NCBI GenBank assembly: GCA_040954595.2
Contig: CM082578.2
Span: 10,423,166 to 10,487,165, forward strand
DNA: 64,000 bases
Direction of reading: 5' to 3'
From: Balanoglossus misakiensis
Lineage: Eukaryota > Animalia > Hemichordata
Shown here: one piece after another, positions 35,140-46,769 of the stretch
Layout of the letters: each line of letters begins with the position of its first letter
How positions within the stretch are numbered: the first letter of the stretch is position 1
Notes under the pieces: generated by a model
Seen by the model: only the letters and a program-made list of their open reading frames with translations
Database searches by the model: none
Told to the model about the DNA's origin: nothing
Translations under genes and position numbers: made by a program

Positions 35140-35958
35140 CCACACAGAATTTTGCCATTATCAAGACTTCCCAAATGCTATATCCAATCCACATTAAAAA
35201 TTGACCACTTTAAAATTTTGTCAACCTTATTTTGCCATGCGCTCTTCTCTCTATTCTCTCGGTCGCTGTCTTTCTCCTACCGCCCAACTCAAACGACTGC
35301 ATCAACATGGGCGTGTCATTTTTACTGACACTGTTTGATTTTAACTTACTTGAAGCCGACATCATGCCCCGACTTCTGAAAATGTTCCAGCACTATCTCT
35401 CTTTAATATGGCTAGCATGGTTGGAGTTGTCATTTCCGATTTACTCACCTCTCTATACGGACGGCGAGGCAGGATTCCACATTGTGCGAAACGTGTCTTC
35501 TTGGACATGCTAGCTTAAGTCGTGTGTCTGGACAAGAAGATCAATGCCAGTCGAGCTGGTCGCGGTAAAGTTTTGCCGTCTAAACGGAATATCGAGGTCG
35601 GCAATATTGGTTGGGCCTTTCGAGCAGGAAAGCACTGAAAATGAAAACGTGGCAATCGAGACGCATGCGCAGTTCCGTGGCGAAGGAACTGAAACGTTAG
35701 CGTAGCGCAGCCAGCGGTGGGAATGGGGCAGGGGGCCAGACTACCTGAAAAGCGATGGGGAGGGCTTTAATGATGCTAAATGCTCGCTTTCTGCGTGACG
35801 TCGTACGAAAATTGGAAGAAGTTAAGTGGTTGATTTGCAACGGCAACTTAACTTCAACGAAGGCGCGGAGAAGTGGCAAACTTGTCATTTACAGAATCGT
35901 CTTTATTTTGTTTCTCATTATGAACATAAGTAGCACCGTATTCATTTTTCTCATGTAG
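35140..35958 (+). pseudogene. Decayed Cys-loop ligand-gated ion channel (nicotinic acetylcholine receptor-like) fragment, pre-M1 to M4
   Basis: YPIHIKN*PL*NFVNLILPCALLSILSVAVFLLPPNSNDCINMGVSFLLTLFDFNLLEADIM, then a frameshift in the C run 35367-35370 into PTSENVPALSLF...IPHCAKRVFLDMLA*. M4-like VIYRIVFILFLIMNISSTVFIFLM* ends at 35958. Stops at 35202, 35211 and 35516. Confidence 0.85.
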
Positions 35959-36570
35959 CATGAACAAATAGACTGTGTTGATAATCGTTTGTGGAACAAT
36001 CAATATCGAGCTCGAATTTCGGTTTATGGCGTTTTTTGGAATGAGGTGAACGCAGTTTACCACGAATTGGACAGTCAGAAAAATTGCAACCGCGCAGACT
36101 TTGGAAAAGTGCCATGAAATGCAAAATTGTTACACAATCATCTACATGTATTTAATTGAGCGGTAGACTGTCCTTCGTTGAAAATGTGGCGTGTTGTCTG
36201 CAACACAATTGAAACAGTTGATTATATATCTTTCAAACAATATAACTCTGATGATCGAATTATATTAAAAGACCATATGTTTTACATTTCGTTGTTCATT
36301 AGCCACGAACATGTCGCCAAAATAGAAGAAAAGAGAACCTTGCAAATACTTGCAAAATTTACAAAGAACATCACTAAGTAATTATAAATGAATCGAACGT
36401 TTCTGTATTTTATTTTGTCTTTGGTATAAGAATATCATTTGCTCAATAATACACTTTCAAGATTGTTTTCATTTTTTTTTAATTTACCTGCTATCGTTAC
36501 ATTTGGTATTCGACGCACTCACGCATATATATTACTAGGCTATTGTGAAATTGTCTTACTTGTGCTACTC

Positions 36571-36644
36571 TAGCCTAGTCCTAGCCGTATTTTGTCCGCT
36601 TTGCTTCCAAAACTTTAGCAAAAGTTTTGGAAAAGTTTAGGCTA
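36571..36644. mobile_element. 74-bp TAG...CTA mini-element with perfect 9-bp TSD
   Basis: Termini TAGCCTA/TAGGCTA; GTGCTACTC duplicated at 36562-36570 and 36645-36653. Confidence 0.7.
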
Positions 36645-36659
36645 GTGCTACTCCTGCGC

Positions 36660-36739
36660 TAGCTGTGGTACGCAGCTGTACCGTGGGGGGGGGGGCTGAT
36701 TAGCCCCCACCCCAACGGCACAGCTGCGTACCACAGCTA
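36660..36739. mobile_element. 80-bp palindromic TAG...CTA mini-element with perfect 9-bp TSD
   Basis: Arms TAGCTGTGGTACGCAGCTGT / ACAGCTGCGTACCACAGCTA; CTCCTGCGC duplicated at 36651-36659 and 36740-36748. Confidence 0.8.
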
Positions 36740-37146
36740 CTCCTGCGCCAATTCCTTCATAATAACAATAATTATACTAATTTGAATGTTGTGTAAGTTT
36801 CCTTAATTAGTTTGTCATTTGAATAATGGGTTTAATAAATACGGTTGTAAATTCAATTCGACATTTGTCGGCTGTCGAAGTGGCAAGCACTGTAAAAGGT
36901 AAGACACAAGGCAGTTATAGGGACCTAAGATATCTGTAACTCACATAACGCACAGGGATCTTGAGCAATCTTCAACATATACGTGTGCGCGAGTCTCCCT
37001 AAGGCGCTGTTGATTCCGATTTCATATAGATGTTTTACATACTGGGTTAATATAGATTTGTTTAAACTATCTCTTGCAGCTTCTTCTCACCGCAAATTCA
37101 CCAAAGGTTACAGAGACAGTCAGTAAAAGTCGTAAACGTCGTAAAC

Positions 37147-38183
37147 ATGAATGCTTTGCTGGTCGCCCAGACCATACTCTTTCTCGGCAGGTATGCCACA
37201 GGTAAGATTGAATTACACGAAAAAATACATTGAATTAAACAGCAGTTTATATGCGAGGACATTCTCACATGAAACAGAACACCACGTGGCCTATCAAGAC
37301 ATTAAAGTTACGATTTTTGTTAAACTGTGCGCCTATTCTAGTTTCCTACAAATCTTGACTTGTATTATTGGCTAGCGACATGTTGCTCAGGTAATTAACC
37401 AAGTCAATGAGAGGAAAAAAACCCTCTATTACAGTACAGTGACTGATTTCAGGTCTACCGGAACCGGTGGCATTTTGGCCGCTAAATGGTCGAGATTTGT
37501 TGAACGACAGATCTGGCAACGGTAACCATGGTACAGCTGGTCCCAGCGTGATCCTTAGAAACGACGCAGAAAGCACAAAAGCCGGGGCGTATTACTTCGA
37601 TGGCCGGGCAGGCTCATACATCGACCTCCCAAACAACGGCGCGTACGACACGAGAAGAAACACCACAGTTGCAATGTATATATATCCCGAGTATGGTTCC
37701 GGTACACTGTTCAGTTTTGGACGAGATCAGGGCACTGGTGTCACAATGGCTGGTGGTGCTGGCATATTAAATGTTCAGTATCTGACGACGAGCGGCCGCA
37801 CATTTGTTCACTCCACCACGCGAGTTCCCGCCGGGAGGTGGAGCTTTGTCGGCTTCACCTACACCCCCGCCGAACGCGGCCGAGCCTTGTTATACGTCAA
37901 TGATGTCATTGTTCACAATGGAATTATTGGTGATGTCGAGCTGGCAACTGATGGGCCTGTCCGTATTGGTGGGTCTGGTTTCCAGGGCTTGATTACATGT
38001 GTGCAAGTGTACAACGCAGAGTTTTTATCCGAGCAAATGTTTGAAACTCGGAAGGAATGTAACATGGGCAGCAGAGGTATGCCAGTAAACATTTATTTAT
38101 TTACTTTTTATTCCATATTTATTTGTTTATTTGTTATTTGTTTGTTATTTATCCTTTCATGTGTCAGATAATTCGCTCTTTCA

Positions 38184-38214
<31 letters not shown>

Positions 38215-38352
38215 CATACATACATACATACATACATACATACATACATACATACATACATACATACATACATACATACATACATACATACATACATACA
38301 TACATACATACATACATACATACATACATACATACATACATACATACATACA

Positions 38353-38383
<31 letters not shown>

Positions 38384-41275
38384 CATAAAAACGTTTATAT
38401 CGTAATGATAAAGATATCAAACCATGCTGAAAGATTCTCACTGTACCATCTGTAATTTTACATCACGTCCGGTACTGCTCAACTAATTTGGATAAACCAC
38501 TTTGATTTTGCAGACGGTCTTAACCCAGTGGCATTCTGGCCACTGGACGGAGAGCATTCACTGCAGGACCTATCCGGTAATGGAAACCACGGCGAGGCGG
38601 GTTCAGATGTTGAGTTTGTCGAGTCGGTCGAAGGAACTAGGAGTGGCGCGTACAGATTGAAGGGCAATCTGCACTCGTACTTGCAGTTCCCGAACAACGG
38701 CGCGTATGACACAAGACGGTCGATGACCGTGTTGATGTACCACTACGGCGAGTGGGCTGTTGGCCCGATGTTCAGCTTTGACGACAATGGCCAGGCTGTC
38801 CGCATGCTCCGTGACAGTCACAACTTCAATGCCAATTGGGTGAGGAGAGACACTCTCCAGAATACTAGGATTGCCGTCACACCAGTGTGGTACAACTTTT
38901 GGAACTGGGTCGGGCTAAGTTACGATTACGACACTGGGTATGGACATATTATCAATCGATATGGAATTCAGCAGAGTGTATACCTTGGCCAAGTGGAGCT
39001 CGCAACCAATTTTGAAGCAAGTAGAGTCGGGGCAGTCAAATGGTTAGCTGACGCACTAGTTGGTCACGTTACCTGCCTTCAAATATACGACAGACAGTTG
39101 ACAGAAGCTGAAATATTTGAGGCGTCCGAGATGTGTTCAATGGGAAGCAGTTGTAAGTATTCACACCTTGTGAACAATTTAAAAGTTATCATAAAATAAC
39201 TGCTGATTTAAGACACGCTTGTCGGGCCAGTGACGACATGCACCTGACCCTTTTTAATTAGTGGATTTTCCCAAAACCTAAAATGGCTAAAACTACAGAG
39301 CCAATGGATTTTAGTGTTCATTTAAAATGTTTATTGAACAATCACTGCTTTATTTTTCTTCATAGAAGCACAGAGATTAGCAGCTATAAATTTGGAATAT
39401 TGAATTTAAGCCCTTTGCTCTCTCATTCAGCTAGGATAGTTGAGCCAACAACGCTAATGCCGACCCCAGCGGCGACTACAAAGCTTCCGACGGAAGAACC
39501 TACGACCACGCCAGCAGCAACTACTGAAGGTAAACCCGTTAATATTGCGTCACAGTCTGTAAAACACGAAGCAATGCACCTTAAGTATTCACACTGCATG
39601 ATTTGTCGCCTGAGGTTTTCCGAGATGACCCGAAAGACCTTTTTCTCGGTGGTCAAGAAGGCAAGTATTGCTCGCTTCCTTACTAAAGTAATGTTTTGAA
39701 ATCTGACGTCTTAACAGTGTGTGTTGTGCCTAGTGGTCTTAGTAATGCAGCCCAGCGGAGAGAAGCGAGCCAGATTTCCAACGCGGGCAGGTTTGTTGCC
39801 GGTTATGCCGTCGACGGCAACAAAAACAGTGACTTCAAACAGAAGTCGTGCAGTAAGACCGGGAAACGGGCTGATCCATGGTGGAAAGTTGACCTGGGTT
39901 CCAGTCAAGATGTCTACCAAGTCACAATCACGAACAGACAGGATTGTTGCGGTGAGTCAGTGAGATGGAATAGGTTGTAAAATTTCTGATCGTTGCTGTC
40001 CAGGACTCAATATAACAGTACTTGATGATTTAAGCGTACCTTGCATAAATTCAAACAAGTTCTCATCCAACCAAGACAACATTTTTTGTCAACTCTGTTG
40101 CACTGATGAAACATGATGTACAATGTACAATTTGTATTTGTAGCGAAGAAGTTAGTGAATGCTGAAGTACGTGTTGGGGACAGTTCGAACATTGCTCGCA
40201 ACGATATATGTGGCGCTAAACTCTCCATGAGTGAGGCGGTAAAAGAAACTATTGAAGTCGTTTGCGACTGTGGGGCTCCGGTCAGAGGTCGTTACGTCAG
40301 TGTCCAACTTGTCGGTGTCAAAGACGCTCTCACTTTGTGTGAAGTCGAGGTTATGACCGATGACGGGACACCCCTCGCTACCGACGCAGTGAGTGAATTT
40401 ACCACGGAAGAACGTAAGTTAAGGATTTAAAGCCCCAGTTAATCGAACTTGTGGCTATTTTTTTCAATAGTTTTCTCCCAAGAATCAACTCTGCCAAACA
40501 TGCAACCGACACCCGCCATTGCCACATTCAAGTTTCTCTCTCCTCCAATCATACCCAGCATGCATCCTGCCAGACAACGTGCATAATGTTATCACGCCCT
40601 CAACGCGGGTTTCGCAGAGTTCGACTATGAAGGACCATGTCGCGTCCAGAGCAGTAGACGGAAACAAAAACACCAACCTCTTTGCTGGCGGCTGCGCGAT
40701 GACCCGGCGGGAGCTGGAGCCAGTCATGAAAGTAGATCTGGGTGCGATACGTAAAGTGCACAAAGTGGTCATAACCAATCGCCAAGATTGCTGTGGTGAG
40801 TTATAACACAAGGAACTACTTCTTGCACATTTTTGGTTCTGACCTGAATATCTTTTTGTGCAGACAATGCTACTGATAAACAGTAGGTGTTACAAATTTG
40901 TAATGATTAGTCAACCGTAAACAAATTTAGCAAACAAAGTGTAATGTCTTCTTATTTTCCATTTTATGACAGAAAAATAGTCCACATGTGTACTTACTCA
41001 ATTAATTGTTGCCGGCCGACTAACCCATTCACTTGGACTCTTTACTTTCAACAGGTTTCAGACTAAAGGGTGTCGTACTCCGACTAGGCAACAGTGTCGT
41101 ACCGGCGGAAAACCCCGTCTGCGGAAATGGAGCCCTCCGCAGGGTGAACTTTCCAGCTGTTGAGGTGGTGTGTGGCTGTGAGGTTCCCATGAGAGGGCGC
41201 CATCTCAGCTTGACACTGGTCGACAAGACTCAGTTGTTGACTGTGTGTGAGCTGGAAGTCTTCGCTGCTCCGTAA
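37147..41275 (+). CDS. Secreted modular lectin: signal peptide, 2x LamG/pentraxin-like jelly-roll, Thr/Pro linker, 2x F-type lectin (fucolectin) domains; about 792 aa
   Basis: Exons 37147-37201 (MNALLVAQTILFLGRYAT), 37453-38076, 38514-39152, 39431-39529, 39718-39951, 40144-40413, 40559-40795 and 41055-41275; all introns are phase 1. Two repeats PVAFWPLxG..DxSGNGNHG..PNNGAYDTRR, and two repeats AVDGNKN..C..T..(WW)KVDLG..ITNRQDCC..GR.....L..CE.EV. Confidence 0.88.
38185..38382. repeat. (TACA)n microsatellite, about 49 units, intronic
   Basis: Uninterrupted tacatacataca tract between the two LamG exons. Confidence 0.98.
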
Positions 41276-42314
41276 CCTGGTGCATTTATGATATAATTTC
41301 TCATAGTGATACGTTAAGGATAGAAATGCATGCGATTAATTAATGGATAAATTAGTAGATTTACTGTGATACCTGGAATGGTTAAAATGTAGTTTTAAAG
41401 ACAGTCAGACAGATGGTACTCAATAGGTGACTGACACACCTACCTATCGATTGATCGATGGACAGGTCACATGAATGATTGATTGATTGACATGATACAA
41501 AATGACTGTTCAACACAATGTGGGTTAACGGTATAGCACATTGTGGGTGCATGAATTCAACCATGAATGCTATTCATTGCGGATTTGTTATTTGGTTTAG
41601 ACATTGAATAAATGGTGCAGAAAAAAGGAAACCAGTGTGTTTTGGGAGACTTTTTTTTCTAGAACGTCGTGAAAAAACTTATTGAATGTGCATCAAAGTT
41701 ACTCTGGCAAGTGTTATGGTATTTTTTGTTATGGTAACGGTTCTACTGGTTTTGACTGTAAAATTCGGAAGAAATGTGTTCTTCCTCGACATTTACCACA
41801 GAGACATTCCCAACCTACTAAATTATGGGAGCCTCGGTCACCTTCTACGATTATGGCAAGAATTCGATTACCCGACGGGGTAACTGTCTTGGAACAGTAC
41901 TGTGGAAAGGTGATACTACATTGAGCGTTTGATATCGGGGGAGGGGGGGGGGTCCAGAACATATTTGGCCAAAATCCCCCATCAACATCTGCCGGATTCA
42001 TTATCATCGTCATACCGTATGTTTTGGGGAGAATACCACACATGTGCGGCAAATTTGCATCCTTTATGCAATTTCATTAGCTGTGACTTTCGACCAGTAA
42101 ATTGGGCACTATGATGGCTGCAATATGGCGCTTTTACCATTTGTTTATCCTAATCAAGGGCCTTTGAGTTAAACCTAATTATAACATTGATTTAAATATC
42201 TTTAGCGGTGCAAACTTTCCTAGTAATTACCGTCAGAATGCAAGGATTTCTTAGAATCCTAGTGACTTGCGATTGTTTTGAACATTTGAAATCGCGTCGA
42301 CATGACAGGGTATG

Positions 42315-43923
42315 CTAACTTTCTTTCACGCGTTTGCTGGCGAAGAACCCCTTCTTCTGTGTGTGGAAAATTTCTACGGCTTTGTCGTATATTTTCTGGT
42401 CAGCGTACAAGGCATCGAAGATATCACGATCGGACTGAAGCACCATCTTTAACGTTTTCACCAGTTCGCACTTGGTGACGTTTTGAGATTTCTGCTCCGT
42501 GTATTCGTTTTCCACGAGGTGAACCGTCGAGCACAGGTCGTGGAACGGCAAACCGTACGCCCGCTGCATCAGATTCAGAAACATGTCGTACTCCTCCGTG
42601 ATTCCGACCACGGCGAACCACTGGTGTAAGTTTTCCAATACGAACTCCAACAGGACGTCTGACTCCGCTTCGTCCATGATTTGTTCAAACAATAGCTTGT
42701 GTCGATACCAACACGGTGGGGATTTCGGGGAACGCCCAAGGTACGGGCCGTTCATTAATAGAAGTGGGGATATTCTAGTCTCGAAGACTTCTTTGGAGCA
42801 AATTACCGACGGGTGGAATAGCAACTGGCGGAAGAAGTAACTGCCCTGGTGAAGAGCCCATTCTTTCAGGGACAGCTGTCTTGCGTCGCTCGCCGCGCAC
42901 AGGGGGTCGTCCAGGTATTTCTTGCAGTATTCGTGGGATGATATGACTCGCTCATACGGGTCCCGCACCAGAGTTACATACGAGCAATTGGCTATTCCGA
43001 GCTCGTCACACAAACCGAAGGTGTACTCACTAGCGTAAAATTTGCGCCATTCTCCCGCGTTTTTGATCTTCGATATCGTCGCGTCGTATTCACCGTCCCA
43101 AATGCCGACATATCTCGGAAATCCGTTGGTAGTGCTGACCCTGTCCATGCAGCCTTTCAAGGTGGTACCGCCAGACTTTTGGTTATGTAGGTAGACTAAC
43201 ACGTGGTCTCTCTGATGCAGTGGATGCGCGGCTGCTTCGTCGTCGTGGCGACCACCATAGTAGTAGTTGGCAGAAAATGTTGTGCGTTTCACCCATGGAT
43301 ATTTATTCAAAACCTCCTCAAAATGCAAGTTTCTCTCCTCAGATAATTGTACACGGTGCGGAGATGTCGCATTTGGGCTCGACACTGTCACCTCAACACG
43401 TGGAAATTCGGAAACAAACCCTCCTCCCGAATGTTTCAAAACCAGTAGGCCTATATTGGTTGATGGTGCGACGTCCATACCGTCGTCATGGCGCTGGCCA
43501 ATGCTGTCACATTGCATCGACGACCTTTGGGTAAAAAGTCACAGAGACTAATTTGAAACTGTTGAATGTTTATAGTTGCTTCTGTTGGTTTTCCCCATTG
43601 GCACATGACATTCCCATAATGGCGAATGCAGACACAGCAAATTAAAACCCCTCCACACGGTTTACACGTTCTTTCAATTATTGCACATCGGTTGTTGAAT
43701 CAAACAACACCGGGATTACCCACAATGCTGTGCATGCACCCATCTGTAGGATTTTCTCATGAAATCTATTCATCATGATTCGTTCTCCTCAAAAAATTAA
43801 TCCTACATCGGCCTACCTGGTGAAAATTGGTTTGTCGTGAAACACATCCTTCAGGAACAGCGCCGTGACTAAAAACACGACCAGATACACCAGGCGTTTT
43901 AAACGATGCCACAACGCAGGCAT
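42315..43923 (-). CDS. Golgi type II sulfotransferase, HS6ST-like/Sulfotransfer_2 family, paralogue 1 (about 438 aa)
   Basis: Exon 1 43923-43817 MPALWHRLKRLVYLVVFLVTALFLKDVF (signal anchor), phase-2 intron, exon 2 43524-42315 with 5'-PSB HNQKSGGTT and 3'-PB VRDPYERVISS, GITEEY and terminal DxxIY. Confidence 0.88.
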
Positions 43924-44764
43924 AATGATGATTCCGCGGGAGAAAAAGTTGTCGCTTGTGACGTCTGATATTATTCAGAGCATTAAAGCTGTCACTCGTC
44001 ACCCGACCGCGAATCCAAGTTGAAAGTTCACTGCGAACTAAACTGTCTTTTTTACGAGCCATGGGAAAGGTTAGTTTACACTTAGTGCAAACAGAGAATT
44101 CACTGCTGAATGCTGTGAACTATTCGGGGGATAATTACACAGCGAATTAATAAAACGTGTTAAAACGTGAAATATACGTTGTGTTGGAGGCGACAGTTAA
44201 ATTACAGGTATGTCCTTGTTTAAAAGCAAAATCGGACATATGCAGCCAGTGCGCTGTACATGTATTCAACTGAGATTATTTACTTATTTCACCTATATAG
44301 ACATGCAATAATCCGAAATCAGTTCCATTTATAACGACGGAAATGCAACACGGCCGCTCCCCGTGAGGCAATAGCTGCGACAGCTGATGCCGTGTCATCA
44401 ATACAACGTGCGTGTTTGCCTCTGTTGCCATTCGGATGGAATGGGAATTCTCCCGAACTGCAAATCGGCTTGAGTGTTGCCAAACATTCTCACCCCATAA
44501 CGTTCACGCCCTCACCACTTATTAATGCATTTGTCCGTTCTAGATTTTTCTGAGATGTTTTAAGAACCAATACTTTGGTCTTTTTGCCAATGTATACAAA
44601 TATTGGTATTTTCACACCGGCTAAGTGTAGGCTTACATTTATATGTCCAAACCCACCGAGGACAGAACTGCACAACAAAACGACGAATGAGGCTAGATGT
44701 TATTTTATATGCATGTATTGCTTTCAGGATACTATATTTGGAGAGAGAAAAACTAAAACTATTA

Positions 44765-46769
44765 TCACTTTTGTGTCCTTTCGGCGAAAAATGACCTTTT
44801 CTGTTCGTGAAATATTTCGACGGCCTTGTCGTATATGCTCAAGTCGTACGAAAGGGCGCCAAAGACCTCGGGGTCGGAGTTCAACTTTTCTTTCAATTTT
44901 TTGACGAGTTCGCATTTGGTGACATTTCGTGATTTCTGATCCCTGTAGTCGTTCGTCTTCAGCTGAAACCCCGAGCAGAGGTCGTGAAACGGCAACTTGT
45001 ATGCCCCCTGCAGCAGTTTCAGTGACATGTCGTACTCCTCTGTGATTCCGATGACGGTGAACCACCTGTGCAGATTGTCCGAGACGAATTCCAACAGGAC
45101 GCCTGCTTCCGTTTTGTTCATGACGTCATCGAACAAGAGTTTGTGCCGGTACCAGCACGGCGGGAATTTCGACGAACGTCCGAGATACCGCTCTCTCGAG
45201 TTCTTCATGAGCGGAGATATCCTCGCCCTCAACATTTCTCTGGAGCAGATTTCCGACGGGTTGAATAACAGCTGACGGAAGAAGTAACTGCCCTGATGAA
45301 GGGCCCATTCTCTGAGCGACAGCTTTCGCGCATCGCTCGCGGCGCACAAAGTGTCGTGCAAGTTCTTCTGGCAGTATTCGTGGGAGGAAATGACTCGCTC
45401 GTACGGATCCCGCAAGAGAGTGAAGTAGGAGCAATTTGTTATTCCGAGCTCGTCACACAACCCAAAAGTGTACTCACTGACGTAGAATTTGCTCAGATCG
45501 CTTGATTGTTTTATGGTTGATGTGATGGATTCGTACAGGCCGTCCCAAATGCCCACGTACCGAGTAAAATTCCCAGCGATCGTCACTTTGTCTATGCATC
45601 CCTTCAGCGTCGTTCCCCCGGACTTTTGGTTGTGCAAGAAGACTAACACGTGATCCCTGTAATGTTGGGACTCGTTGAGATAGAAATCATCCAGATAATA
45701 ATTAGACGAATAGAGAGCCTTGTTCACCCATGGGTATTTGCCAAGGACTTGGTCCAACTTGGCTCTATATCCGCTGACTTTGACGGCGTCTGCCTTACGT
45801 TGTCCGGACGATGAAAAGCCGACGACACCTTCAGAACGTTTCGGTTTTGCTACTCTGACAGGTGGCTGCGCCTCATGTCTGTTTGGGAGGTAAGAGGGCG
45901 ACATTGGCGATCCAGCGAACTGGGCGCGTTGCCCCGCGTTACCAGTTTTACTTCGTCCTTGGTCGCACTTTACTGGGTACCTGTAATATAAAACAGAGGC
46001 ACATACGTATTTGCATAACGAGAAAATAGACAAGGGTAACCAATATCACCACCAGCACCATCATCATCATTATCATAATGATCACCACCACCAGCTCTTA
46101 GCCCTTAGTTTTGACTTAGAATCTGAAATGAAAACATTTTAAACATTTTGTCGCGAGATGTATTAATGCAAATGGGTTTATTGCTCTGCATATGAAAGCT
46201 TCTGCAAAGGACGGAACCCATGACATGCGTCGACGTTCCGTAGGAATCATCGTAACCTGTTGAGTGACGTCATGCATAAATTATCTTATTTTTTTATCGC
46301 GACTTGGACAGCAGTTTTTGGTAATGTAGGTTCCCACGAGCGGCCTTGATTATTACAATACAGTTGAGAGTATAATATCTCTGTTTTAAAATTATCGCCT
46401 TATTGGACATAATATTACATTTGTGTTAATCACGGGTTTTCTTGACAGTTTTTCAGGTTTACTGCTTTCTGACTAACTCACCTGTGAATCATCCGATTTT
46501 CAGTGCTCGCGTATGTAGAAAATTTTCACTGCCATATGTTGACATGACAGGTGTGCAACGGAGTGTGTTGGTATGCGTATGCAAATGTCAACAATCTAAA
46601 CGACCATACCACCATAATAAGTACATGTATATTAGTATAATCCGATCAAGGAAAGTTACCTTGAAAAAGCTGATCCGCCGTGAAAAATACCTTGGAGGAC
46701 GGATATAATGTATGAACACGCCAGGAGAAGAAACAGAATCCGCTTGAAACGGTGCCACAATGCTGCCAT
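44765..46769 (-). CDS. Golgi type II sulfotransferase, paralogue 2 (about 441 aa)
   Basis: Exon 1 46769-46660 MAALWHRFKRILFLLLACSYIISVLQG, phase-2 intron, exon 2 45980-44765 with HNQKSGGTT and LRDPYERVISS. Closest to paralogue 1, including the ALWHRxKR N-terminus. Confidence 0.88.

Noticed and set aside
38108-38455. MYVC/HTYI repeat ORFs
   Set aside because: These are translations of the (TACA)n microsatellite.
41686-41883. 65-aa ORF with a hydrophobic signal-anchor-like stretch
   Set aside because: No downstream exon or family motif could be linked to it, and T-rich sequence easily yields hydrophobic runs.
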